The notes: generated by a model from the letters alone, not told the origin. Positions 18,614 through 29,555 are shown, counted from the first letter of the stretch. The stretch is DNA of 56,961 bases from a virus (IMGVR_UViG_3300037991_005841:1-56961); one strand, 5' to 3'. Numbers and translations are program-made.

Positions 18614-19834
18614 ATGGCAGAAGAAGTAAAAGTATCAGCTGTTGAAGCTGAAGAGCCAAAAACTATGGCTGAAAAAGAAGAGGCGGTAGCTGAGAACGCC
18701 GGTATGCCCATCACTGAAGATGGAGTATATAAATTAGATCTCAATAAGTTTAACGAAGAAAATCAACAAGATGCCGTTCAAGAACAAGAAACAGAAGATG
18801 GCGTGCTACGCGGAAGCGGCGAGAATGAAGAAGCTGGGCAAGAAGCCGAAGTGGAATTGCAAGGAGTACGCGAAGAAGAAGAAGTAGAAACACCTGTATT
18901 AGAAGAGGTTGTTGAAGAAGAAACGGTAAAAGAAGAAGAAGCTCCAGTTGTTGAAGAGCCGCAACAAGAGGTTGAAGAAGTTCAAGAAACACAAGAGCCA
19001 GAATTAAACTTACCTGAAAACATTGAGGACTTAGTTAAGTTCATGAATGAAACAGGCGGAACAATAGAGGACTATGCTAGATTAAGCACAGATTATTCTA
19101 ATGTTGATGATGATACTCTATTAATTGAGTATTATAAACAAACTAAACCTCATCTAAGTTATGAAGAAATTCAATTCCTTATGGAAGATGAATTTGATTA
19201 TGATCAAGAAGTAGATGAGCCAAGATTTATAAAAAGAAAACAATTAGCTCGGAAAGAAGCGATTGCACAAGCTAAAAACCATTTAGCAGGATTGAAGGAT
19301 CAGTATTACAAAGAAGTCAAGTTGGGTTCTAAGTTGCTACCTGAACAGCAAAAGGCCATAGATTTTTTCAATCGTTATAATAACGAGCAAAAACAAGCTG
19401 AAGAATTATTATCGAAGCAGACAAATCATTTTAAATCTGAAACGAATAAAGTTTTCAATGATGAATTTAAAGGTTTTAATTTCAAAGTTGGAGATAAAAA
19501 ATATCGTTTTAATTTAAATGATGTAAATAAAACAAAAGAAGCCAGCAACATAACAAATGTTTTTGATAAGTATATTGATGACAATAATTTGTTAACAAAT
19601 GCAGGCGACTTTCATAAAGCTTTATTTGCTGCTTCCAATCCTGACGCAATAGCTAATCATTTTTATGAGCAAGGCAAAGCAGACGCTATAAAGCAAATGA
19701 CTGCTGACGCTAAAAACATAGACATGAACCCTAGAAAAACTGCCGATGGCGTAGTTGATGCTGGTGGTGTAAAAGTTAGAGCAGTAGGTGGTACTAATAG
19801 TTCAGGGCTTAAATTAAAACTGAAAAACTATTAA
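18614..19834 (+). CDS. Scaffolding protein
   Basis: Glu-rich N-terminus and coiled-coils; directly upstream of the major capsid gene. Confidence 0.7.
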   Translation: MAEEVKVSAVEAEEPKTMAEKEEAVAENAGMPITEDGVYKLDLNKFNEENQQDAVQEQETEDGVLRGSGENEEAGQEAEVELQGVREEEEVETPVLEEVVEEETVKEEEAPVVEEPQQEVEEVQETQEPELNLPENIEDLVKFMNETGGTIEDYARLSTDYSNVDDDTLLIEYYKQTKPHLSYEEIQFLMEDEFDYDQEVDEPRFIKRKQLARKEAIAQAKNHLAGLKDQYYKEVKLGSKLLPEQQKAIDFFNRYNNEQKQAEELLSKQTNHFKSETNKVFNDEFKGFNFKVGDKKYRFNLNDVNKTKEASNITNVFDKYIDDNNLLTNAGDFHKALFAASNPDAIANHFYEQGKADAIKQMTADAKNIDMNPRKTADGVVDAGGVKVRAVGGTNSSGLKLKLKNY

Positions 19835-19847
19835 AAATTAATTAAAA

Positions 19848-21284
19848 ATGGCAAATGTATCATTTTCATTACCTAGCGAATTAACTCCTTATGCGAGTAA
19901 AGTTGCTACGTATTCGAATTATTTAAACTTCCACGGTTCAGGTGGTAGCAACTGGTCACAACAATATTTACCAGAGCTATATGCACAAGAAGTGGAAAGA
20001 TATGGAAACAGATCTGTATCTTCGTTTTTAAGAATGATAGGTGCTGAGATGCCTATGGCTTCTGATCAAGTTATTTGGTCTGAGCAAGGTAGATTACACT
20101 TAGCTTACGAAGGTGCTTCTGTTACAGACGCTGGTGTTATTACTATTGCAAGTAGTGGTACACACGCGGTAAGAGTTGGTCAAACAATTGTATTATCTGA
20201 CAACCAAGCTTCTCCAACAATCATAAAATGTTATGTATCAGCTGTTGCTGCTGACAATACTACTTTAACTGTATTACCTTATAAAGGTGCTACTGTTGGT
20301 GCTATTTCAGGATTTGACACGGCTACTGATGACTCAGGGAACACATGTTCGTTCTTTGTTTATGGTTCTGAATTTGCAAAAGGAGCTGGCGCTATGTCAG
20401 GTGCTGTAAAACCAGAATTCCAATCTTTTACTAACAAACCAATTATCTTAAAAGATAAATTTGAGGTTAACGGTTCTGACGCTGCTCAAATCGGTTGGAT
20501 TGAAGTATCAGGTGAAGGAGGACAAAATGGTTACTTATGGTACTTAAAAGCAGAAGGTGACACAAGAACTAGATTTGAAGATTATTTAGAAACAGCTCTA
20601 ATTGAGTCTGTTAAAGGTGTAGACGCATCTACTATTGAAGTAGAGCTTGGCGGAAGTGCTTCTAATAATGATCCAGTTGGTTCTGAAGGTCTTTTTGCAG
20701 CAATTGAAAACAGAGGTATCGTTGCAACTGGCGCATATGACGCGGTTAACGATGTTATTTCTGATTTTGACTTAATTCTTAAAGAATTAGATAAGCAAGG
20801 ATCTATTGAAGAAAACATGTTATTCTTAGATAGAGACTCAAACTTAAAAGTTGATGACGCTCTAGCGGCTGTTAACAGTAACTGGAACGGTGGATCATCT
20901 TTTGGTGTATTTGAAAACTCTGAAGATATGGCGTTAAATTTAGGTTTCAACGGATTTAGAAGAGGTTCTTATGACTTCTATAAAACTGACTGGAAATATC
21001 TTAACAACAAATCTACAAGAGGATTATTCGCAGACATCAAAGGTGTGCTAGTACCAGCTGGAACATCATCAGTATATGACCAAGTACTTGGTTCTAACAT
21101 CAGAAGACCTTTCTTACACGTAAGATATAGAGCTAATGAAGCTGATGACAGAAGAATGAAGTCTTGGATTACAGGTTCAGTAGGTGGAGCTGCTACATCT
21201 GGGGATGACAAAATGGAAGTACATTACTTGTCTGAAAGATGTTTAGTAACTCAAGCTGCTAACAATTTCGTATTATTTAAATAA
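19848..21284 (+). CDS. Major capsid protein
   Basis: 478 aa, highly expressed-type codons (ttc, aac), WSEQGRLH and YLSERCL motifs; strong terminator follows. Confidence 0.85.
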   Translation: MANVSFSLPSELTPYASKVATYSNYLNFHGSGGSNWSQQYLPELYAQEVERYGNRSVSSFLRMIGAEMPMASDQVIWSEQGRLHLAYEGASVTDAGVITIASSGTHAVRVGQTIVLSDNQASPTIIKCYVSAVAADNTTLTVLPYKGATVGAISGFDTATDDSGNTCSFFVYGSEFAKGAGAMSGAVKPEFQSFTNKPIILKDKFEVNGSDAAQIGWIEVSGEGGQNGYLWYLKAEGDTRTRFEDYLETALIESVKGVDASTIEVELGGSASNNDPVGSEGLFAAIENRGIVATGAYDAVNDVISDFDLILKELDKQGSIEENMLFLDRDSNLKVDDALAAVNSNWNGGSSFGVFENSEDMALNLGFNGFRRGSYDFYKTDWKYLNNKSTRGLFADIKGVLVPAGTSSVYDQVLGSNIRRPFLHVRYRANEADDRRMKSWITGSVGGAATSGDDKMEVHYLSERCLVTQAANNFVLFK

Positions 21285-21296
21285 TACATTAATATA

Positions 21297-21330
21297 GGCT
21301 AGGGTGTTTCGGCACCCTGCCTTTATTTTT
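21297..21330 (+). terminator. Rho-independent terminator after the capsid gene
   Basis: GGCTAGGGTGT-TTCG-GCACCCTGCC followed by TTTATTTTT. Confidence 0.85.
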
Positions 21331-21350
21331 AATTTTTATTATATTATATC

Positions 21351-22154
21351 ATGGCAAAAAAGAAAATAGCAGAGGTGGCTGTTGAGGAACCTGTAGTGGT
21401 TACCCCACCAAAAAAAGAATCAAAACCAAAAAGTACTTGGGAATATAAAGATAGACAATATTATTTAGCAGGTGACGATTCACCAATTGTATTTATATTA
21501 AAATCAAAAGGATTTTTTTGGTTTGATGAAAAACAAGGATTTGAAAGAGAAATAAAATATACATTAAATCAAAAAACACCATTTGTAGATGAATTTAAAG
21601 GTGACGCAAGATTAGATCATATTATTTTTAGAGATGGTGTATTAAATGTTCCAAAAGAAAAAGTTGTTTTACAACAAATTTTATCTTTATATCATCCTGA
21701 TAAAGATCATTTATATTATGAAGCTGATAATGAAAAAGCTGCACAAGATGATCTTGAAATTTTAAATCTTGAATTTGAAGCAATACAAGCAGCTATGCAA
21801 ATTGATATAGATCATGCAGAAGCTATTGTAAGAACAGAAAGAGGTTCACAAATTTCAAAAATGAGTTCAAAAGAAATAAAAAGAGATTTATTCCTTATGG
21901 CTAGACAGGATCCGCAATTGTTTTTAGAATTAGTTAATGATGAAAACATTAGCATTAGAAACATGGGTATTAAAGCAGTTGAAATGCAATTAATAAAGCT
22001 TTCACCTGATCAAAGAACATTTTATTGGGCAAGTAATAATAGAAAATTATTAACTGTTCCGTTTGACGAAAATCCATATTCAGCTTTAACAGCATATCTT
22101 AAAACTGATGAAGGTATTGACGTTTATAAAGTAATAGAAAAGAAACTTAAATAG
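21351..22154 (+). CDS. Hypothetical protein in the head-tail region
   Basis: 267 aa ORF. Confidence 0.7.
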   Translation: MAKKKIAEVAVEEPVVVTPPKKESKPKSTWEYKDRQYYLAGDDSPIVFILKSKGFFWFDEKQGFEREIKYTLNQKTPFVDEFKGDARLDHIIFRDGVLNVPKEKVVLQQILSLYHPDKDHLYYEADNEKAAQDDLEILNLEFEAIQAAMQIDIDHAEAIVRTERGSQISKMSSKEIKRDLFLMARQDPQLFLELVNDENISIRNMGIKAVEMQLIKLSPDQRTFYWASNNRKLLTVPFDENPYSALTAYLKTDEGIDVYKVIEKKLK

Positions 22155-22157
22155 TCG

Positions 22158-22197
22158 TTATAGTGGTTATGCCGCTTCGGCGGCTTAATCATTATAA
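22158..22197 (+). other. Long cUUCGg hairpin
   Basis: TTATAGTGGTTA-T-GCCGC-TTCG-GCGGC-T-TAATCATTATAA; 17 bp with G-U pairs and one mismatch. Confidence 0.7.
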
Positions 22198-22205
22198 AAA
22201 ATATT

Positions 22206-22919
22206 ATGGCAATATCAGTTGATAACGTATATAAAACAGTATTATCAATATTAAATAAAGAAGGTAGAGGTTGGTTAACCCCTGATGAGTTTAATAAAAT
22301 TGGAACTCAAGTTCAACTTGATATACTAGATCAAAATTTTCATGACTATAACAGATCAGTTGTAAAGCATAATGCTGGAAGATCTGTAGAAGACTATGGT
22401 AATATACCAGAAAAAATTCAAGAAAAAATAGATGCGTTTTTTAAGCAAGCAGATATTACCTTAACAAACGGTATTGGTACTTTACCTACCGATTTATATA
22501 GAACAATTAATATTAGTATAACTAATAAAACTATTCAATTAGAAAAAGTAAATAAACGTAAATTATCATATTTACTATCTTCACCTTTAACAAAACCCAC
22601 AACATCATTTCCTGTATATTATCAGAGAGCAGAAGATATAATCGTTGAGCCTGCTTTAACAGATGGTAGTTGGACATTAGGTAATTTACTTATTGAATAT
22701 ATAAAAGTTCCTACAGCACCAAAATGGGCTTTTTCTGGAACAACTGGTGAATATACATTTAATACTAGTTCAGCACAAGATTTTACATTACACCCTTCTG
22801 ATCAGGTACAATTAATTTTAGGTATATTAAAATATGCTGGTGTAGTTGTTTCTGATCCAACGGTAATACAAGCAGCAAGTAGTGAGGAAGCAAAAATAAC
22901 ACAATTAGAAAACTTATAA
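22206..22919 (+). CDS. Head-tail adaptor/ring protein
   Basis: LNKE.RG.LTP.EFN, LPTDLY, YIKVP.APKW pattern; position in the tail module. Confidence 0.6.
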   Translation: MAISVDNVYKTVLSILNKEGRGWLTPDEFNKIGTQVQLDILDQNFHDYNRSVVKHNAGRSVEDYGNIPEKIQEKIDAFFKQADITLTNGIGTLPTDLYRTINISITNKTIQLEKVNKRKLSYLLSSPLTKPTTSFPVYYQRAEDIIVEPALTDGSWTLGNLLIEYIKVPTAPKWAFSGTTGEYTFNTSSAQDFTLHPSDQVQLILGILKYAGVVVSDPTVIQAASSEEAKITQLENL

Positions 22920-22922
22920 TAA

Positions 22923-24071
22923 ATGGGACTTATAACACAAACAGCAGAAGCATATTACAGCCAACAGCAGTCCTTTACTGGTAATGGTAGCACTACAGCA
23001 TTTACGTTAACAACAACATATTTTCCCACTTTACCTGCGGCTAAATCTAACATAATTATATTTGTTAATGGTAAAAGAATAAATAGTGGTAATTTTTCAT
23101 ATTCCTCCCCGACAATAACATTTTCAAGTAATACAAATAATTCAGATGTATTAGAATCTAATGGTGCTCCTAAAAATGGTTTATCAATTATTGTAAAAGA
23201 ATCTGACAAAGCTGAAAAATTTGGAAGTTATAGATATATATCTTTAGCAAATATAATTAATAATTATATAATTGCTTTTGTTGGTGATGGTAAGTTAATA
23301 CAAAGAACAAATAGAACAGAAGTTTTATTTCATGCAAAAAGAGGCATACAGGAATTTGCATATGATATAAGTCGTGTTGAAAAAATTCAAGAAGTTGAAA
23401 TAGGCTCTTCGTTATCAATACCTTTTCCTCAAGATTATGTAAATTACGTTCAACTTTCTAGAGTTGATGATGCAGGTATCGAACATATATTGTATCCTGC
23501 AAGACATACATCAGTACCTTCAGAATCAATATTGCAAGATAACAATGCTGATTATTTATTTGATAATGATGGTAGTTTACTTACTGGTATACCATATACA
23601 TCTGAAGAATTTAAAAAATTAGATCATAATAATGTAGCAGGCGCATATAATAATGATGATTTAACATATGATAATCATAAGGATATAGATAGAATAGGTG
23701 AGTTTGGAAAAAGATATGGTTTGAATCCAGAGTTATCACAAAAAAATGGTGTATTTGTTATTGATGAAGCAAATGGCAAGTTTTCATTTAGTGCTGATTT
23801 AGTAAATAAAATTATTACAATAAAATATGTATCAGATGGTTTAGGTACAGATGATGAAATGCAAGTACATAAATTAGCTGAAGACGCAATATATAAATAT
23901 ATAACGCATGCTATTGCAAGTTCTCAAAACAATTTTCCTGAATATATTATAAATAGATTTAGAAAAGAAAGAAGAGCTGCAATGCGAAATGCTAAATTAA
24001 GATTATCAAATATTAACTTAGGTGAGCTTGCTCAAGTAATGAGAAACAAATCTAAACACATAAAACATTAA
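22923..24071 (+). CDS. Tail ring/tubular structural protein
   Basis: FHAKRGIQEF, PQDYVNYV, YVSDGL; inserted FTGNGSTTAFTL domain. Confidence 0.6.
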   Translation: MGLITQTAEAYYSQQQSFTGNGSTTAFTLTTTYFPTLPAAKSNIIIFVNGKRINSGNFSYSSPTITFSSNTNNSDVLESNGAPKNGLSIIVKESDKAEKFGSYRYISLANIINNYIIAFVGDGKLIQRTNRTEVLFHAKRGIQEFAYDISRVEKIQEVEIGSSLSIPFPQDYVNYVQLSRVDDAGIEHILYPARHTSVPSESILQDNNADYLFDNDGSLLTGIPYTSEEFKKLDHNNVAGAYNNDDLTYDNHKDIDRIGEFGKRYGLNPELSQKNGVFVIDEANGKFSFSADLVNKIITIKYVSDGLGTDDEMQVHKLAEDAIYKYITHAIASSQNNFPEYIINRFRKERRAAMRNAKLRLSNINLGELAQVMRNKSKHIKH

Positions 24072-24074
24072 TAG

Positions 24075-27000
24075 ATGCCGGAAATAAAGAATAATTTTCT
24101 TCAAGGTAAAATGAATAAAGACCTTGATGATAGACTATTACCTAACGGCCAGTATAGAGACGCTTTTAATATTAAAGTTTCCAAATCTGATAATTCAGAT
24201 GTGGGTACTGTGCAAAATATTAAAAGTAATGATAGAGATCACCCGTCACTTACTTTAGCATCAACTATAAAAACAATAGGTAAATATGTTGATCCATTAA
24301 ACGGTGATTGTTTTTGGTTTGTAACAGATTTTGAAGGTGTAGAAGAAGATGATCCAACAGTAATAACAAATAGATACGCAGGTAGTAGTAAAAAATGCAG
24401 AATATATTATACTCAATTAGGTTCAAATAACACACCTAAAGCATTAATTAATGACTATAGATTAAATTTTTCTACAAAGCATCCGATACTACATGTTAAT
24501 AAAATTGATGATTTATTATTTTGGACTGATAATTATAATCAACCAAGAAGAATAGATATAAAACTTGCAAAATCATCTTTTGATGCATCACTCAATAGTA
24601 ATACAGGGGGAAGTAGTATTTATCAAGGTGAATATTTAGAAGATTTAATAAGTGTTGCACAATACTCACCACCTTCAGCGGCTAAAGTTACTTTGTCCGC
24701 ACAAGCTACATCCACTGTAAAAAGTTTACATTTAAAAGATAAGTTTGTAAAATTTGCATATAGATTTCAATATGCAAATAATGAATTTTCTATAATATCA
24801 CCATTTACACAAACTTGTTTTTGTCCAGGCTATGGCCAGTCACAATTACCTTATGGAGAATACCAAAGTAGTGATGGCGGAGTAATACAGAGTGAACCAA
24901 ATATAATTGATTCAACTATAGTTGCAGAAATGCAAAATATGGTTAATAGAGTTGAATTATTTATTGATTTACCAAGCAATACAGACGAAGATAGTCATGC
25001 CTCATGTGATGTTGTTGCTGGTGTAACCGGCGGAGTTAGTGGAGCAGGACCTCATAGCATTGATACTAAACATGGCACTATAGCAGATGGCAATGTTATT
25101 TTAACTGAAAGAGGTGATAAATATATTGCAGCTATAGGTAGTGATAGTGGGGATGGTAATGGCACAACAACTGTAGGAACCACTACGTCTATTGACGCAA
25201 AAACACCCTTAATAGATAATCAGCGTTTATATTTTTTCACAACTTCACAAGCTGCTGCCTATACTAATCATTTAAAAATTAAAAAAATACAAATATTATA
25301 TAGTGAGTCCGATAGCTTAGCTTTAAAAGTTGTGGATACATTAAATTTTTCCGACGTAACTACAATCCATAGAGCAGAGCCTATTTCAACCAATGTAGCT
25401 AAGCTTATACACGGTTTTAAATTTACTTATGACTCTACAAAACCTGTACAAACTTTACCTGAAGCTGATTTAATAAGAGTTGCCGATATTGCACCTGTAA
25501 AAGCAAAAACACAAGAAGTGAGTGGTAATAGAGTTATATATGGTAACTTTTATCAAAATAGAAGTATATCAGATTTAACTTTAACTAAAGATCAATTTAC
25601 AGTTACACATGGCGATCAGAGCAATTGGAATGATCAATACTTAAATTCTTCTGTAAAATCAAATAGAGAATATTCTGTTGGTTTAGTTTTATCAGATAGA
25701 TATGGAAGACATTCAACTGTATTTTTACCAACTGATAATACTGAATTTGTAGATCCTAAGACGGGAAGTGTAAACGGATGGGACTTATACGCATTGAAGT
25801 TAAATTTTTCATCAGTAATAGGTGATGCTTATGCAAAAGACACAAATCCTTTAGGCTGGTATTCATATAAAGTTGTTGTAAAACAAGCAGAGCAAGAATT
25901 TTACAATGTTTATGCACCTACATTGGTTGATAATATTCCCTCAACTGAAAAAAGATCATGGCTTGTATTAACAGGTGATAATATAAATAAAGTACCAAGA
26001 GATGTAACAGATATTAACACGGAAGATGGCACCGTTGGTTCACAAACAAGTTTATTGCCTAAAATATTAGATACAACAGGTGCTCAAGCACAACAATCAG
26101 GCAATGATTTTATAGATATAATATCAATAGGCACAAAACATGAACATGGTTTAGAAGCTTTTAATGAATTTTACCAAAGTAATAAAAACCCATTATTAGC
26201 TGAATTGCCAGATGGTAGCGGCCGTAATAGAGTTGCAAATTCAACATTTAATAATTTAGTTGTTTTAGAAACAAAACCAATAAGTTCTGCTTTAGATATA
26301 TATTATGAAACATCAACAGCAGGACTAATATCACATTTAAATGCAGCTATTGAAGCATCACTTGGAACAGTTCCTAATGGCATAACATTAAGTACATCAA
26401 GCAGAGCTGAAAATGTTAATTTTAGTAGCACATCAAAAGTTGCAGATCTTACAACAACAGATACTGGAGGTGGTAATGTTAGTTCACCTACATATCAAAT
26501 ATTATCAATAACTGACGGTAATGGCACAGATAGATCTGGTGCCTTTGTAATAAATGGTGAAGATTTGGATGCTGCCGAAAATTTTGAATTTAGAAATAAC
26601 GCATCTGATAATTACACAATAAGAATAAAATCAACTGATAGCTCAAATAATTCAACTACACAAGATAAAAGTGTAAGCATAACTAATGTCGCGCCAACAA
26701 TATCCGTTGGTTCCGCATTAACTGGAGGAAACTCTTTAGCAGCGTCAACAACTGTAGGAACTGCAATTAGAACCGTTACAGCGGTTAATGGTACTGCCAA
26801 ATCAGGCGCAACAACAAATGATTTAACATATTCTATAACGGCTGGAAATACTGACAGTGATTTTACTATTGGTTCTAGTACAGGTATTATAACTACAGTA
26901 AATTCATTAACTTCTGGCGATACTTATACTTTAACTATAAAAGTAACAGATATTGGAGGTTTGACAGATACAGCTACATTATCAATTGCAGTTGCATCTA

Positions 27001-27299
27001 CAAATTATCAACATTTTTATATATCTGAAACTACACAAGGTGGAGGATCTGCTTCTGCTGCGTGTAGTCTAGCTGTTGGTAGTGATGCTTACTTTATACC
27101 TACAAGTTCTGAAACAACACCAGATGATGGTAAAACAATATACACTGATCAAGCTGGCACTGTATTAAACGGACAAGGTAATTGGTTCTCGTTCTTCCCA
27201 ACACCACACGATGGTGTTCCTGGATCTAGCGGTAGTAACACTTCATTTAGAGGTCAGATAAGTTCTTCAGGTGTATTATCTAATAAAGCGATTTGTTAA
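24075..27299 (+). CDS. Tail nozzle/stabilisation-like protein with C-terminal cadherin-like domains
   Basis: MNKDLDDRLLPNGQYRDA.N, LLFWTDNYNQPRRI; cadherin-like LTYSITAGN..FTI..TGIIT..YTLTIKVTD.GG. Confidence 0.7.
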   Translation: MPEIKNNFLQGKMNKDLDDRLLPNGQYRDAFNIKVSKSDNSDVGTVQNIKSNDRDHPSLTLASTIKTIGKYVDPLNGDCFWFVTDFEGVEEDDPTVITNRYAGSSKKCRIYYTQLGSNNTPKALINDYRLNFSTKHPILHVNKIDDLLFWTDNYNQPRRIDIKLAKSSFDASLNSNTGGSSIYQGEYLEDLISVAQYSPPSAAKVTLSAQATSTVKSLHLKDKFVKFAYRFQYANNEFSIISPFTQTCFCPGYGQSQLPYGEYQSSDGGVIQSEPNIIDSTIVAEMQNMVNRVELFIDLPSNTDEDSHASCDVVAGVTGGVSGAGPHSIDTKHGTIADGNVILTERGDKYIAAIGSDSGDGNGTTTVGTTTSIDAKTPLIDNQRLYFFTTSQAAAYTNHLKIKKIQILYSESDSLALKVVDTLNFSDVTTIHRAEPISTNVAKLIHGFKFTYDSTKPVQTLPEADLIRVADIAPVKAKTQEVSGNRVIYGNFYQNRSISDLTLTKDQFTVTHGDQSNWNDQYLNSSVKSNREYSVGLVLSDRYGRHSTVFLPTDNTEFVDPKTGSVNGWDLYALKLNFSSVIGDAYAKDTNPLGWYSYKVVVKQAEQEFYNVYAPTLVDNIPSTEKRSWLVLTGDNINKVPRDVTDINTEDGTVGSQTSLLPKILDTTGAQAQQSGNDFIDIISIGTKHEHGLEAFNEFYQSNKNPLLAELPDGSGRNRVANSTFNNLVVLETKPISSALDIYYETSTAGLISHLNAAIEASLGTVPNGITLSTSSRAENVNFSSTSKVADLTTTDTGGGNVSSPTYQILSITDGNGTDRSGAFVINGEDLDAAENFEFRNNASDNYTIRIKSTDSSNNSTTQDKSVSITNVAPTISVGSALTGGNSLAASTTVGTAIRTVTAVNGTAKSGATTNDLTYSITAGNTDSDFTIGSSTGIITTVNSLTSGDTYTLTIKVTDIGGLTDTATLSIAVASTNYQHFYISETTQGGGSASAACSLAVGSDAYFIPTSSETTPDDGKTIYTDQAGTVLNGQGNWFSFFPTPHDGVPGSSGSNTSFRGQISSSGVLSNKAIC

Positions 27300-27325
27300 A
27301 CAACTAAAACATGTAATAATTAATT

Positions 27326-28576
27326 ATGGCACATACTGTTGAAGTACAATTTTTTAATACCTTTATTATGTCTACTGCGTGTAATAATTTACACTTTGAA
27401 GAGTCAAGAATAAAAGGTGGTTTTAATGAACCATTCATAAGTATAGGGCCAAAAGCACATTTAGTTGACGAAAGCTATGCTGGAGTAAGAAGACAAAATG
27501 CTTTAATATATTCTGGTATTTATAATTCAAGAACAGATATAAACAGAACAAATGTTTATAATGCAGCTGAACCAATAACTAGAGCTGTAGACCCATCACA
27601 TGGTGAAATACAAAAACTTCATGCTGAAGACACTAACTTAAATATATTGCAAAATAATAAAGTTAGTTATGCCTTAATTGATAAAGATGCTTTATTCACA
27701 GCTGAAGGCGGACAATTAACAGCATCAGGCGCTGCAGTTATAGGACAAATAGTTGCTTATCAAGGTAAATATGGCACACAGAATCCTGAAAGCTTTGCTG
27801 TAAAGGGTGGTAGAAAATATTTTGTTGATAAAAATAGAGCGTCAGTATTAAGATTATCTAGAGACGGAATAACTGAAATATCAAATTATGGAATGAGAGA
27901 TTATTTCAGAGATTATTTAGATGAAATTGATAATTCTTTTGCTTCTGATGATAAAATTGTTGGCGGATATGATGATCACGATGATCATTATGTAGTAAGT
28001 TTGCAAGGATTACCATCAACTTTAGGCACTTATCAAACATTATCTTTTGATGATAGTGTAAACGGATGGGTTAGTAGATACGGATATGATCCTGATTTTG
28101 CTTTTAGCCATAATAAAAAGTTTTATACATTAAAAGACAGTAATATTTGGGAACATTATAAAAAAGCAACTTGTAACCAACATTATGGATCAAGCTTGCC
28201 GGCTTTTGTAGACATTATAGCAAATCAAGAACCTTCGTCAATTAAAAACTTTTTAACAATAAATTATGAAGGTGGTCGCTATTGGAAAGCAACAAATATA
28301 GGTACAGATATACAATCTGCATACGATGTAGATAATTCTAGCACAAGTTCAAGCGCTGATATATCAAACATATTTAAAAGAAAAGAAGAAAAGTTTTATT
28401 CTCATTTAGATTTTAAAGCAGAAACTGGAGGTGTATTTGGCAAAAGTAAAGCTAAGGTTGCTGGATTAGAAGTATCAGGAATAAGAGGTTACTTTAATAA
28501 AGTCAGAATGCAACATGATCTTTCTGACCCTACTGAATTATTTTCAGTATCACATAATATAACAAAATCAAGTTAA
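27326..28576 (+). CDS. Tail structural protein (beta-propeller-like, nozzle C-terminal part)
   Basis: GxYG..NPESFA, YFVDKNR..VLRLSRDGITEIS.YGM, GWVS. Confidence 0.65.
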   Translation: MAHTVEVQFFNTFIMSTACNNLHFEESRIKGGFNEPFISIGPKAHLVDESYAGVRRQNALIYSGIYNSRTDINRTNVYNAAEPITRAVDPSHGEIQKLHAEDTNLNILQNNKVSYALIDKDALFTAEGGQLTASGAAVIGQIVAYQGKYGTQNPESFAVKGGRKYFVDKNRASVLRLSRDGITEISNYGMRDYFRDYLDEIDNSFASDDKIVGGYDDHDDHYVVSLQGLPSTLGTYQTLSFDDSVNGWVSRYGYDPDFAFSHNKKFYTLKDSNIWEHYKKATCNQHYGSSLPAFVDIIANQEPSSIKNFLTINYEGGRYWKATNIGTDIQSAYDVDNSSTSSSADISNIFKRKEEKFYSHLDFKAETGGVFGKSKAKVAGLEVSGIRGYFNKVRMQHDLSDPTELFSVSHNITKSS

Positions 28577-28972
28577 ATGCAATTAAATATTCGTAGACTT
28601 ACTAGTGAAGACTACAGTACATTAGTAAAATGGTGGGATGCATGGAAATGGCAAGCACCACCTCAAACGTTTTTACCAGACACTGGTTTTATAGTTGAAA
28701 AAAACGATATTGGTATAGTAGCAGGTTATATTTATATGACCAATTCTAAGGCTGCTTTACTTGAATGGGTTATATCTAACCCAGATTACAGAGAAAGTGA
28801 CAGAAAAGACGCGATAGAGCTCTTAATTCAAGCCGTAGAGCGTGTTTTACAAGATCAAGGTATTGTACATGTGTTTACAATAGGCCGAAACAAACATTTG
28901 ATTAATACACATAAAAAATTAGGATGGATTGTAGATGAAAAACCATCTTATGAAATAATAAAAAATTTATAG
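28577..28972 (+). CDS. GNAT-family acetyltransferase-like protein
   Basis: IRRL..DY..L..WW, EWVISNPDYR, KKLGW; typical position before podovirus ejection genes. Confidence 0.6.
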   Translation: MQLNIRRLTSEDYSTLVKWWDAWKWQAPPQTFLPDTGFIVEKNDIGIVAGYIYMTNSKAALLEWVISNPDYRESDRKDAIELLIQAVERVLQDQGIVHVFTIGRNKHLINTHKKLGWIVDEKPSYEIIKNL

Positions 28973-28973
28973 T

Positions 28974-29555
28974 ATGGCAATATTTAGCGCAATGAATGCG
29001 AATAAAGCTAAACGAGCACAGCGTGGAGCTCAGAGAAGACTTGATGCAGCCTTAGCTAGTAGAGATGCAAGAGAGGTTATAAATCCTTATGATCAAGTAT
29101 CAGATTTAAGTAGCATGATTAGTAATCCTTTTGCTAATTTACAAGTTGCTACAGGCGCTGCTGAATTTCAAGCTGAACAAGCAGATATATCTTTAGCTAA
29201 TACGTTAGATACATTAAGGGCAACAGGCGCAGGTGCCGGAGGGGCAACAGCTTTAGCTCAAGCAGCATTACAAAGTAAAAGAGAAATTTCTAATACAATA
29301 CAACAACAAGAAGCTCAAAACGCACAATTAAGAGCACAAGGAGCACAGGCTGCTCAAAATGCTAGAATAGCTGAACAACAAAGATTACAACAAGCTAATA
29401 TATTAGGTAGAACATTTCAATTCCAAGGACAGGAGGCTAGAAACATTGCAGATATTTCAAGGCAAGCTGCATTGGTTCAACAATATGGACAACAAAGAAT
29501 GGATGCCTTAGGAGGTATGGGAGCAAACACAGCTGCTTTATTTAGCGGAGGTTAA
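28974..29555 (+). CDS. Internal virion/ejection protein
   Basis: Ala/Gln-rich helical protein with GAGAGGATALAQAA. Confidence 0.6.
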   Translation: MAIFSAMNANKAKRAQRGAQRRLDAALASRDAREVINPYDQVSDLSSMISNPFANLQVATGAAEFQAEQADISLANTLDTLRATGAGAGGATALAQAALQSKREISNTIQQQEAQNAQLRAQGAQAAQNARIAEQQRLQQANILGRTFQFQGQEARNIADISRQAALVQQYGQQRMDALGGMGANTAALFSGG

